Positions 10,257 through 19,369 of a DNA stretch of 64,000 nt are shown piece by piece. The notes under the pieces were generated by a model, which was not told where the DNA came from, made no database searches, and saw nothing but the letters and a program-made list of their open reading frames with translations. Source of the DNA: Nitrospirota bacterium (lineage in GTDB: Bacteria; Nitrospirota; Thermodesulfovibrionia; Thermodesulfovibrionales; UBA9159); the NCBI GenBank assembly GCA_023475105.1, contig JAMCWJ010000094.1, positions 20,724 to 84,723 of the forward strand, read 5' to 3'. Position numbers and translations under genes: made by a program. The first letter of the stretch is position 1. Each line of letters opens with the position of its first letter.

Positions 10257-10917
10257 GCGCAGCCACCACAAGTGAACGGAAAAGACTCCGGGACAACCCG
10301 TCATCTGAGCGTTCGGGATGCCACTGAACGCCTGCAAAAAAGGGGTGCCCCGGCAGGACGATCGCCTCGATGAGACCTTCATCGGATACCGCACCTGCTT
10401 CGAGACTATGGGCCAGCTCTTTCACGGCCTGATGGTGCGTGCTGTTCACAAGGAATTCTCCCTGCATCAGTTCCCCCTTTCCTCTCACTCTGTGGCTTCC
10501 CGCCGTGTGATCGACGGTCCCGCCGAACTCTGCCCGGATATCCTGGTAGAGGCTTCCGCCCAGTGCGACGTTCATCAGTTGCATCCCATAGCAGATGCCG
10601 AATACCGGTTTTCTGAGTTTCATTATAGCCTTTACCAGCGCTATTTCAAAATCCGTCCTTTCTCTCCCGACGATCTTCGTACCAGGACGCGGCTCCTCGG
10701 AATAGAGCGAGGGATCCAGGTCGTCGCCTCCCGGTATGAGAAGGGCGTCGATAACCCGGATGAGCGCTTCGGGATCGCTCCCGGCGGCCGACACAACCGG
10801 GAGACCTCCAGCCCGCACAACAGCCGAAAGGTAATCGTAGCTGACCGTAACGTAGTGTCCTTCCCTGTCCGCGATGATGCCGATGACCGGCCTGTCTTTC
10901 CCCGCCCTATCCGCCAT
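10243..10917 (-). CDS. Gamma-glutamyl-gamma-aminobutyrate hydrolase family (peptidase C26, class I glutamine amidotransferase fold)
   Basis: IPGGDDLDP, GICYGMQ, VNSTHHQAV, GVQWHPE catalytic motifs. Confidence 0.9.
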   Translation of the reverse strand: MADRAGKDRPVIGIIADREGHYVTVSYDYLSAVVRAGGLPVVSAAGSDPEALIRVIDALLIPGGDDLDPSLYSEEPRPGTKIVGRERTDFEIALVKAIMKLRKPVFGICYGMQLMNVALGGSLYQDIRAEFGGTVDHTAGSHRVRGKGELMQGEFLVNSTHHQAVKELAHSLEAGAVSDEGLIEAIVLPGHPFFAGVQWHPERSDDGLSRSLFRSLVVAARECK

Positions 10918-12496
10918 TCCTCAGTATCTTTCCCGGCAGGGCCCCTGTTGACGACCCTTCCCACACAACCGGAGTTCCATTCACGAATACAAATGCGATT
11001 CCCTCGGCCGTCAGGAAGGGTTCCTCAAAGGTCGCCCTGTCGATGATTCTGCCTTCGTCGAACACCACGAGGTCGGCCCAGAAACCCACTCGTATCCGTC
11101 CTCTCCCCGTCAGGCCGAAGGTCGTTGCAGGGAGCATTGTCGCTTTATGCACCGCCTCGCTGACGTCCATCAAATTCAGGTCCCTCGCGTACCTTCCGAG
11201 AAACCTCGGAAACGTGCCGAATCCCCTCGGATGAGGCTTGCCCCTGTGCGTCGGACCGTCGGTTCCCCGTACGGAACTGTCGGACCCTATCATTACGTAA
11301 GGCAGGGAAAGAAATCTGATCAGGTTGTCTTCATTCATCGAGTGAAAGATCGCACCCACCCTCAGTTTTTCCCTGCGCAGAACATCGATGAGAAAGTCCG
11401 CGGGTCTGCGCCCCGCCTCATCTGAAAGACAGGCAAGAGTCTTTCCCTCCATCCACCTGTTCGCTTCCGAAGCGACCGACGACACGACGACACTTTCCCA
11501 ATAATCGTCTTCCGGATGTCGGGAGAGGATATCATCTCTGATCACATCCCTTGTTTCCGCGTCTTCCAGCCTTCTCATCTCTTCTTCGGCCCCTCCGGCA
11601 TAGGCCCACGACGGAAGCACGGCGTCGAGGTCTGTTGACGCAGCGGTATAAGGGTACCTGTCGCAGGTCGCCCTGACCCCTTCGGACCGGGCCCCTTCTA
11701 TCAGCGACACCACGCCTTCCCTCTTGTCCCAGTTATTTTTTCCTCCCGTCTTGATATGGGATATCTGTACCGCTATGCCGGATTCCCTGCCTATCCGAAG
11801 CGCCTCCTCAACCGCCTCAAGCAGCTCATCGCTTTCACTGCGCATATGCGTCGCATACATGCAGTCCTTGATGCACCGCGCAAGCCCGATAATCTCCTCA
11901 GTCGCAGCATATATGCCGGGCGGGTATATCAGCCCCGTCGAAAGACCGAGGGCGCCGTCGAGGACAGCAGCCTTCAGCAGGGTCTCCATCGCCAAACTTT
12001 CACGCTCGTCCGGCTGACGGTCGGCGTACCCGATCACCGACCCCCTGACATTGCCGTGCCCGGCAAGCGTAGCAAAATTCAGGGCGATCCCCTTCTGTTC
12101 GAGAAAACGGAAATACTCTCCGAAGGTGGACCAGCGCTGCCCTATCCCCAGTTCCTCCAAGTCCTTCTCCCGGTGCTCCAGGGCTTCCCCGAAAAGAGGC
12201 GCTGCCGACATTCCACAGTTTCCGTTCACCTCCGTCGTCACCCCCTGAAGGATCTTTCCTTCGGCACGATTGTCGGCGAGAAGGGTGAATTCGGAGTGCG
12301 CGTGCGCGTCTATGAAACCTGGAGCCACGGAGAGACCCTCCGCCGGTACCACCTTTCCGGCCCGGGGCAGGCTCAGCCGCGGCCCGACGTACGCTATCGT
12401 TCCCTGACGGAGCCCGATATCACCGGCAAAAGGGGCGCCTCCGCTGCCGTCATAAATCTTCCCCCCTCTGATCAAGAGGTCGAAAGAGTCTGTCAT
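10907..12496 (-). CDS. N-acyl-D-amino-acid deacylase (D-aminoacylase family amidohydrolase)
   Basis: APGFIDAHAH, GNCG, STGLIYPPG, HMRSE, IGSDS, PHPRGFGTFPR. Confidence 0.92.
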   Translation of the reverse strand: MTDSFDLLIRGGKIYDGSGGAPFAGDIGLRQGTIAYVGPRLSLPRAGKVVPAEGLSVAPGFIDAHAHSEFTLLADNRAEGKILQGVTTEVNGNCGMSAAPLFGEALEHREKDLEELGIGQRWSTFGEYFRFLEQKGIALNFATLAGHGNVRGSVIGYADRQPDERESLAMETLLKAAVLDGALGLSTGLIYPPGIYAATEEIIGLARCIKDCMYATHMRSESDELLEAVEEALRIGRESGIAVQISHIKTGGKNNWDKREGVVSLIEGARSEGVRATCDRYPYTAASTDLDAVLPSWAYAGGAEEEMRRLEDAETRDVIRDDILSRHPEDDYWESVVVSSVASEANRWMEGKTLACLSDEAGRRPADFLIDVLRREKLRVGAIFHSMNEDNLIRFLSLPYVMIGSDSSVRGTDGPTHRGKPHPRGFGTFPRFLGRYARDLNLMDVSEAVHKATMLPATTFGLTGRGRIRVGFWADLVVFDEGRIIDRATFEEPFLTAEGIAFVFVNGTPVVWEGSSTGALPGKILRNGG

Positions 12497-13125
12497 TCCT
12501 TCTCCCGTCCCGCCGGCCCGGAAACACCTTGAGGACCAAAAAAGCGCTCGGGCGAGCGGATACTCTCCACAAATACGGGCATCAGCAACGACGCCGTGTA
12601 ACGCAGACGCTCGCGGAATCCCTTTGTTCCGTGTTTCTTTGCGGCCTCTCTGTATTTCTCGCGAAGGTGCCCCAGGAGTGCCGGAAACACTTTCAGCGTC
12701 AGGCCCGTAACGGAAAAAAAGTCCCCGACCGGAATGCCGACTCTCTCAAGCGGCGCCAGCATCCTGCTTGCCGCCTCGATGATTTCGTCAAAGGAGAGCA
12801 CCGTCGTCAGTATTTTGGCTGCGAATATCATCGAAAAAACCCTCAGGGTCCTTACGCCTGCCAAACGGAGACCTTCATCCGTTATCGACAGGAATTCATT
12901 GCTGTAGAGTATTTTGCCGGAGGGGGAAAAAAGGTTCCCCAGAAATGTGAAGAGGAGGAAAAGGGAAATCGGCAGAATTCCGCCCTTCATTCTGGCAAAT
13001 GGCAGCAGCATGACTGCGCAAAGGAGAACGAAGGCGGCAACGGCAATATGGACAGTGCAGCTCCGGACAAAAAAGAGTCCTATGATAAAGAGAAGGTAGA
13101 GCGTAATCTTGAGCCGAGGAAGCAA
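12493..13125 (-). CDS. Energy-coupling factor transporter T-component (CbiQ/EcfT-like)
   Basis: Hydrophobic N-half, LAPLERVGIPV and LLMPVFVES coupling-helix-like region. Confidence 0.7.
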   Translation of the reverse strand: MLPRLKITLYLLFIIGLFFVRSCTVHIAVAAFVLLCAVMLLPFARMKGGILPISLFLLFTFLGNLFSPSGKILYSNEFLSITDEGLRLAGVRTLRVFSMIFAAKILTTVLSFDEIIEAASRMLAPLERVGIPVGDFFSVTGLTLKVFPALLGHLREKYREAAKKHGTKGFRERLRYTASLLMPVFVESIRSPERFFGPQGVSGPAGREKE

Positions 13126-13132
13126 AATTCAA

Positions 13133-14395
13133 TTACCGTCCCGCAAAATCCGTCGCTGTCTTCCTATGCGGATCGGAAGAAGGGGAAGATCCCCCCGACC
13201 TGTCTTCCGTCTTCCGCGCGATACGCGCCGCCTTTTGTTCGGGGACGGAAGACGAAAAATACTTCTTTATGCCTGAGACGATCGATTGTGCAAGCACGCT
13301 CCGATAGGCGTCGCCCGCAAGGAGCTTCTCCTCCTCAGGATTGCTCAGAAAGGAAACCTCCGCCAGGATGGACGGCGGCATCGATGCCCCCATCAGCACA
13401 AAGAACATCGCCTTTTTCACTCCGAGATCGGTCGTCTTCCTGTTGACCCTGACCGCATCGGAATACAGGGATCTCTGGACGTAATGCGCCAGGGCCAGCG
13501 ACTCCTCCCTCTTGTAGTCCCGGCTGAGATCACTCAGCATTTTCCCGACGTAATCATCCTTGCGGTACTGCGCCATCTTTTCTTTCATTTTCCTGACGGA
13601 CAGGTAATTCTCACGCGCAGCAACGCGTATCGCCTCTTCCTCATCAGTCCAATTCTCGAGATATGTCTCGATTCCCCTGGCCGACCTGTTCGAACTCGCG
13701 TTCACATGGATCGAAACAAACAGGTCGGCCTCCTGTTTCAGGGCGATGAGCGATCTTTCTTCAAGAGGAACGAAAACGTCCCGATCCCTTGTAAGAACAA
13801 TCCGCATATTCGGATCCCTTGACAATAGCTCCCTGACCCTCAGTGCGATGTCCAATACCACGTCTTTTTCCTGCAGCCCGTGCTTCCCTACCGCCCCCGG
13901 GTCGTGACCTCCGTGGCCCGGGTCAAGGACAACCGTCCGCTGCAACTCAGGCGCCCTCTGCTGCTTTCCCGCGTTCACGTCGATCACGAGCTTTGCAGGG
14001 TCGTCAAGAATGAAGGCGCTGAAATCCTCCATCCTTTCAAGATCGAGGACAATCCTTACCGTCTCGGGGTCGAACTGCGCGGCCCGCACCGCCTTCAGGA
14101 TGCCGTCGCCTATCGGTAAACTGTTCCGTATTTCACTCGAAATTCTCGAATTCTTCAGATCGAAATAAAGCCTGTCGGGACTGCTGAGGCGCTTTTTCGT
14201 GAATTCCACCGGGCGGGAAAGATCCACAACGACTCTTGTGTATCCGTGGGATGTCGAATACCGGATGTTCTTTATCTCTGTCTTATCCTCCGCACGCGAA
14301 GAGGGGCCGAAAAGAAAGATGAGAGCGAGCAAGGTCAGGATTGTCACGCCATAACCCAATGCCGGCCTGCAGCATATGTTTTGTCTTCTCTTCAC
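13133..14395 (-). CDS. N-acetylmuramoyl-L-alanine amidase (AMIN + Amidase_3)
   Basis: Signal peptide, TRVVVDL/PDRLYFDL AMIN domain, VVLDPGHGGHDPGA, EKDVVL, FVSIHVN, LAEVSFLSN; start codon uncertain. Confidence 0.93.
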   Translation of the reverse strand: MKRRQNICCRPALGYGVTILTLLALIFLFGPSSRAEDKTEIKNIRYSTSHGYTRVVVDLSRPVEFTKKRLSSPDRLYFDLKNSRISSEIRNSLPIGDGILKAVRAAQFDPETVRIVLDLERMEDFSAFILDDPAKLVIDVNAGKQQRAPELQRTVVLDPGHGGHDPGAVGKHGLQEKDVVLDIALRVRELLSRDPNMRIVLTRDRDVFVPLEERSLIALKQEADLFVSIHVNASSNRSARGIETYLENWTDEEEAIRVAARENYLSVRKMKEKMAQYRKDDYVGKMLSDLSRDYKREESLALAHYVQRSLYSDAVRVNRKTTDLGVKKAMFFVLMGASMPPSILAEVSFLSNPEEEKLLAGDAYRSVLAQSIVSGIKKYFSSSVPEQKAARIARKTEDRSGGSSPSSDPHRKTATDFAGR

Positions 14396-14412
14396 CTCGC
14401 CCTGTTCTCTCT

Positions 14413-14640
14413 TTATACGGAACGAACAGCAGCTATCTCCGGGATCTCCTTCTTCAGGTTTGCCTCGACCCAATTCTTCATCGTGAGCGCGGACATTGAG
14501 CAAGTGCCGCAGGTACCTTTCAGGCGCACATATACAATGCCGTCCCTGATGTCCACAAGCTCTATGTCACCGCCCTCGGCCCTGAGCCCGGCCCTTATTC
14601 TTTCAAGAACCTCTTCAACTTTTCCTCTTAACAATTGCAA
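14413..14640 (-). CDS. NifU/NfuA C-terminal domain protein
   Basis: IRAGLRAEGGDIELV...VRLKGTCGTC. Confidence 0.88.
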   Translation of the reverse strand: MQLLRGKVEEVLERIRAGLRAEGGDIELVDIRDGIVYVRLKGTCGTCSMSALTMKNWVEANLKKEIPEIAAVRSV

Positions 14641-14717
14641 GCCTTATGGATAATCATAAATGAAAAAATCCGATTATTCAAGCCTTAATTTATCACCGCA
14701 GATTTTTCATTTATGTT

Positions 14718-15938
14718 TCACTTTCCGAACGGGCAAACCGGGTACGCGCAATCCCGGCAATGCAGGCACAATCCGCCGTGACCAAGTTCCGCCAGTTCCC
14801 TCCTTCCGACGCGTTCACCCGAGAGCACTCTCGGCAGGATAAGGTCGAAAATGGTAATTCTATGAAATATCCCGCAGGCAGGCACGCCAAGGACAGGAAT
14901 AGGGGCAGGATGCCCGGTGGATTCGAAGTCGTCGGGGCTCGCGGATGCGCTCGAGCGAGCCGGCCCCCTGATCCCCTGACTGTTTTCGATATATCCCACC
15001 AGGAACATCGATCCCGGCAGCACCGCGGACCCGTAAGCAAGGTCAATCGCCCCGAGGTTGCGTATCGCGAACCTCGTCACATCGTCGGGATCGACCGACA
15101 TGCCTCCCGTGACAATGAGCAGGTCCGCACCCGCAAGCAGCAACTCCCTCAATCTTTCTTCGATAAACTTCCCCTCATCCGGGGCATAATAGACCCCCAC
15201 GACTTCACCGTTCAGGGACTCGATTTTCTTCCTCATGATCGGAGCGAAAGCATCCTTGATTCTCCCGTAGTAAACCTCGTTGCCGGTGATCACGATCCCC
15301 GCCCTGGGTGCTCGCATTTCCCTGACTTCGATAATCCCGGAACGCCGCGCTCCGGGCTTTCCGCCCGACCCTCCTTTACAGACCGCGACAGCTTCTTCGA
15401 CGATTTTCCTTTTGACCACCAGAGGTATTGCCCTTGTCCCTGCAACGACCTGGCCCTTTTTTACGACCGTATTGCTGTGAAGAGAAGCGCACATCACCTC
15501 GCCGAGCATATTGAATCGCTGAAGGGCTTCCCTGTCGATCTTCAGGACGCCATCCCTGTCGGCAACCAGGTTTATCTTCCCCTCTTTCGGTTCGCCTCCC
15601 GTGCAGAGCCCTTTCCCCATCAGGGCGTCGGCCAGGGCGCGTGCGGCATCGTCTTCATGCATCTCGTCGTTTCCCACATGGAGGACGAAAAGATGCTCCT
15701 TTCCAAGCCTCTGCAAGCGGCAGATGTCCTCTTTGCCGACCACATGGCCTTTCCTGAAGGCCCTTCCCTTGAACTCATTCTGCCGTATCTCGGTGATGTC
15801 GTGGGCCAGCACCATTCCCTCCTAATCCGTCACCGGAATAAGCCGGGAGCTCTCGCGGTCAGGCAGCCCGCATGTCTTTCCGTCGCACACATCCTCACCT
15901 CTGCACTTCTGTTCTTCAGCTCCCTCAATTTCGCACAT
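14718..15938 (-). CDS. Molybdopterin-binding (MoeA-like) protein, interrupted by in-frame TAG at 15822-15824
   Basis: GMVLAHDITEI...GRAFRKGH, MHEDDAA, ITGNEVYYGRIKD, TGGMSVDPDD, HGGLCLHC..C..CPFGK. The frame extends upstream through one TAG to ATG 15938 with a GGAGGAGG RBS. Confidence 0.8.
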
Positions 15939-15953
15939 ACAAAGACCTCCTCC

Positions 15954-16073
15954 TCAGGAAGGATGGAAAACCCTTTTGAACCTCTCGTCGACGATTTCTC
16001 TTACGCCTTTTTCCAGCTCCTCATATTTCTCCAGGAACTCCCTCGCGTCTTTTATGACTACCGCACCGCCATC
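15954..16073 (-). pseudogene. C-terminal remnant of a ModE-type winged-helix regulator
   Basis: Translates as DGGAVVIKDAREFLEKYEELEKGVREIVDERFKRVF, resembling the end of ModE HTH domains; no intact 5' part. Confidence 0.5.
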
Positions 16074-16193
16074 CGTCGTTCTTGTATTTTCAATCTTATC
16101 ATAAATCCATTGAAATGCTACCCGCTCGCGGTGCTCTCGATTCCGGCCCGGATCGCCTCTTGTCGACGAAAAATAATCTGATATACTGAAGCC

Positions 16194-17903
16194 ATGGAAC
16201 TCACGGAAAACGCTCTCAAGGTGCTCAAGACACGGTATCTGCTGAAAGACGAACGCGGAGAGGTCATCGAGACCCCCGAGGCGATGTTGAGACGCGTCGC
16301 CGTCACAGTCGCCTCTGCCGAAGGACTGTACGGCGGCGATGCCTCTGCGCAGGAAGAAAAGTTCTATGAGCTTATGGCGAGCCTCAGATTCCTCCCCAAC
16401 TCCCCTGCGCTCATGAACGCGGGGAAGAGCATCGGACAGTTGGCTGCCTGTTTTGTGCTGCCCGTCGACGATTCGATGCAGGGAATCTTCGACACGCTGA
16501 AGAACGCCGCTCTTATCCTGCAGAGCGGGGGGGGAACCGGCTTTTCCTTTTCGAGGCTGAGACCGAAGACGGATGTGGTGCGCTCAACAGGAGGAATTGC
16601 GAGCGGCCCGGTTTCCTTCATGAAGATATACAACACCGCAACGGAGGTGATAAAGCAGGGCGGCGCCCGGCGCGGCGCCAACATGGGCATCTTAAGAATC
16701 GACCATCCCGATATACTGGAGTTTGTCCGGCTCAAGAGGAGCGAGAGGGAACTGACGAATTTCAATATCTCCGTCGCCGTTACCGATGCCTTCATGGAGT
16801 CCCTCGCAGCGGACGCCGAATACGACCTGATAAACCCGAGAAGCGGGACCGTTGCGGGTCGATTGAAAGCGAAGGCCGTCTTCGACGAGATTGTGTCGAG
16901 CGCATGGGAAACGGGAGACCCCGGTCTCGTTTTCATCGACAGGATCAACAGGGATAACCCCACTCCCCACGTGGGCCGGATCGAAAGCACGAATCCCTGC
17001 GGAGAGCAACCCCTGCTTCCCTACGAGGCATGTGTCCTGGGCTCCCTCGATCTCTCGAAATATGTCGCCCAAGAGGACAAACCGCGCATACGGTATGATC
17101 AGCTCTCAACGGACATCGCCACGGCGGTCAGGTTCCTCGATAACGCCATCGACGTAAACAAATACCCGGTTCCCGCAATAGAGACGATGCACAAGGGCAA
17201 CAGGAAGATCGGTCTCGGGATCATGGGCTGGGCAGACACACTGATACTCCTCCGCCTGGTTTATAACAGCAGGAAGGCGTTCAGGCTTGCGAGGGAAGTG
17301 ATGAGCTTCGTGAGAGGAAAGGCACGCGAGGCTTCGGCGGAACTGGCGCAAGAGCGCGGCGTCTTCCCTAATTTCAAGGGCTCGATCTACGACGCTCCCG
17401 GCATGCCTCGGGTGAGAAACGCCACCACAACGACGATTGCGCCGACGGGGACGCTCTCGATCATCGCGGACTGCTCAAGCGGCATCGAGCCTCTCTTTGC
17501 CCTTGCCTATAAGAGACTTATCCTCGACACGGAACTCTACGAGATACACAGACTCTTTTTCCGTATTGCCCGGGAAAAGGGCTTCTATTCCAGAGAACTC
17601 GAGGAAGCTGTGATCAGGAAGGGCTCGGTAAGAGGGATGCCCGGGGTTCCTCCGGACGTAAAGCGTCTCTTCAGGACCGCCCACGAGATTCCCCCTGAAG
17701 ACCACCTCGACATGCAGGCCGCGTTCCAGGAGTTTACGGACAACGCGGTCTCGAAGACGATAAACATGCCGAAGCGTTCCACAAGAGAAGACGTGGCAAG
17801 GACGTACTTGCAGGCGTACGAAAAGGGTTTGAAGGGAGTCACGATCTTCAGATACGGAGCCGCAAAGAGGGGAACACTCGTGAAGTTCAGTGAATCCGAC
17901 TAG
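16194..17903 (+). CDS. nrdJ: Adenosylcobalamin-dependent (class II) ribonucleotide reductase
   Basis: PNSPALMNAG, LAACFV, GGGTG, RRGANM, TNPCGEQ, TTIAPTGT, AVSKTIN, KGVTIFR. Confidence 0.93.
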   Translation: MELTENALKVLKTRYLLKDERGEVIETPEAMLRRVAVTVASAEGLYGGDASAQEEKFYELMASLRFLPNSPALMNAGKSIGQLAACFVLPVDDSMQGIFDTLKNAALILQSGGGTGFSFSRLRPKTDVVRSTGGIASGPVSFMKIYNTATEVIKQGGARRGANMGILRIDHPDILEFVRLKRSERELTNFNISVAVTDAFMESLAADAEYDLINPRSGTVAGRLKAKAVFDEIVSSAWETGDPGLVFIDRINRDNPTPHVGRIESTNPCGEQPLLPYEACVLGSLDLSKYVAQEDKPRIRYDQLSTDIATAVRFLDNAIDVNKYPVPAIETMHKGNRKIGLGIMGWADTLILLRLVYNSRKAFRLAREVMSFVRGKAREASAELAQERGVFPNFKGSIYDAPGMPRVRNATTTTIAPTGTLSIIADCSSGIEPLFALAYKRLILDTELYEIHRLFFRIAREKGFYSRELEEAVIRKGSVRGMPGVPPDVKRLFRTAHEIPPEDHLDMQAAFQEFTDNAVSKTINMPKRSTREDVARTYLQAYEKGLKGVTIFRYGAAKRGTLVKFSESD

Positions 17904-17948
17904 ACCCCGCCGGGCCGCACACGCCGCCCGTGAATTTCCGGCCTGCCC

Positions 17949-18377
17949 CTAATGCTTGCAGTCCCCGACGCGCTGGCCGCTCATGTATGAGATCATTTCC
18001 ATCTTCCCGGAGCGCGAATCGTTCATGACCGCATTGATCACTCCGTCAAAGCCGCCGCCTCTGTACGTGACCTTCCCGGTGCTGTCTATCGTTCCGTCTT
18101 TCGTCCTGCATTTGACCACCCACGAGACCGTATTGCCGTCTATTTTCGTACTCACCATCTTACAGTCCTCGTTTTTTTTCCTCTTCTGAGGAATAAGGTC
18201 CTTTTTTGTGAGGCACTGATTGAATTTCACCGGCGGTATTGCCATGGGCATCCCAGGCATCTCCGTTTTCATCGTGATCTCCCACATGCCGTCCTGCATG
18301 TTCGGCTCTGCAAAGGCATATCCTGCCAGGGACAATGAAAAGACAAGGGTTGCAGCCAGGGTGATTCTGAAAAGCAT
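17949..18377 (-). CDS. DUF3617-like secreted protein
   Basis: Signal peptide, GMWEITMKTEMPGM, QCLT, C...C, GQRVGDC; AGGAGG RBS. Confidence 0.8.
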   Translation of the reverse strand: MLFRITLAATLVFSLSLAGYAFAEPNMQDGMWEITMKTEMPGMPMAIPPVKFNQCLTKKDLIPQKRKKNEDCKMVSTKIDGNTVSWVVKCRTKDGTIDSTGKVTYRGGGFDGVINAVMNDSRSGKMEMISYMSGQRVGDCKH

Positions 18378-18583
18378 TGCGATTCCTCCTTTGTGCCGTT
18401 TGGTGACTTTGCTGTCAACGATCAGGCGTTTAACTATACGGCAAAAGGACCGCTTGTGTAAAGCCAAAAAAAGGGAGACGCCTCGCAGGGCTCTTCTCCT
18501 TCCGAATCCCCCACGCAGAAAGGAACGCTTGCCTCCGCCGGCCCGTATCCATTATTGTAAAGGGCGCTCGCATATAGAAGAGA

Positions 18584-19369
18584 ATGAACATTTCATCATA
18601 CGGTCGCGATAGTGCCTCGACACCTTTTCTCTCGATCGTTGTTCCTGCTTTCAACGAGGAGCAGAGACTGCCCGATACCCTTGTGCGGGCGGCGGCGTTC
18701 GTAGAAGGTCAGGTCTATGCCGCCGAACTTATCGTTGTGGACAATGCGAGCACCGACCGCTCGGAAGCGATTGTGAAGGAGTTCGCCTCCCGTTATCCCT
18801 TTATCCGGTATCTGTACGAGCCGAAGAAGGGGAAAGGGGCGGCCGTAAGGACCGGCATGCTTGCCGCGCGGGGAGAATACCAGCTTATCTCGGATGCGGA
18901 CATGTCGGTGCCGCTGGAAGAAGTGAGGAATTTTCTCCCGCCCCGTCTCGAAGGCTATGACATCGCTATCGCCTCCCGCGAAGCTGACGGAGCGAAGCGC
19001 TACGGCGAGCCTTTCCACAGACATGCTATGGGACGCGTCTTCAACCTTCTCGTCCAGTTGCTCCTGCTGCCCGGCATCCGTGATACCCAGTGCGGATTCA
19101 AATGCTTCAGCCGTGACTGTGCGCTGGACCTTTTCACGGCCGGCAAAGTCTCCGGCTGGAGCTTCGACGCCGAGGTCCTCTATATCGCCAGGCTGAGAGG
19201 ATACAAGATTGTTGAAGTTCCGGTCAACTGGTACTTCGGCGAAAGCAGTAAAGTCAATCCTCTTCGCGACATCCCTCGCATGATCAGGGAAATCGCGGAG
19301 ATCAGAAGAAACGGAGACAAGGGGCTTTATGGAAAAAGCGCCCGTGCAGGCGGGCGTGAAACAACTTAA
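18584..19369 (+). CDS. Glycosyltransferase family 2 (dolichyl-phosphate beta-glucosyltransferase-like)
   Basis: SIVVPAFNE, VVDNASTD, GKGAAV, DAD, DTQCGFK, FDAE. Confidence 0.9.
   Translation: MNISSYGRDSASTPFLSIVVPAFNEEQRLPDTLVRAAAFVEGQVYAAELIVVDNASTDRSEAIVKEFASRYPFIRYLYEPKKGKGAAVRTGMLAARGEYQLISDADMSVPLEEVRNFLPPRLEGYDIAIASREADGAKRYGEPFHRHAMGRVFNLLVQLLLLPGIRDTQCGFKCFSRDCALDLFTAGKVSGWSFDAEVLYIARLRGYKIVEVPVNWYFGESSKVNPLRDIPRMIREIAEIRRNGDKGLYGKSARAGGRETT

Noticed and set aside
14760-16181. 473-aa + strand ORF
   Set aside because: Antisense to the molybdopterin-binding gene; no motifs and no RBS.
16120-16193. NrdR boxes or cobalamin riboswitch upstream of nrdJ
   Set aside because: No convincing tandem NrdR palindromes, and no room or conserved B12-box for a riboswitch.
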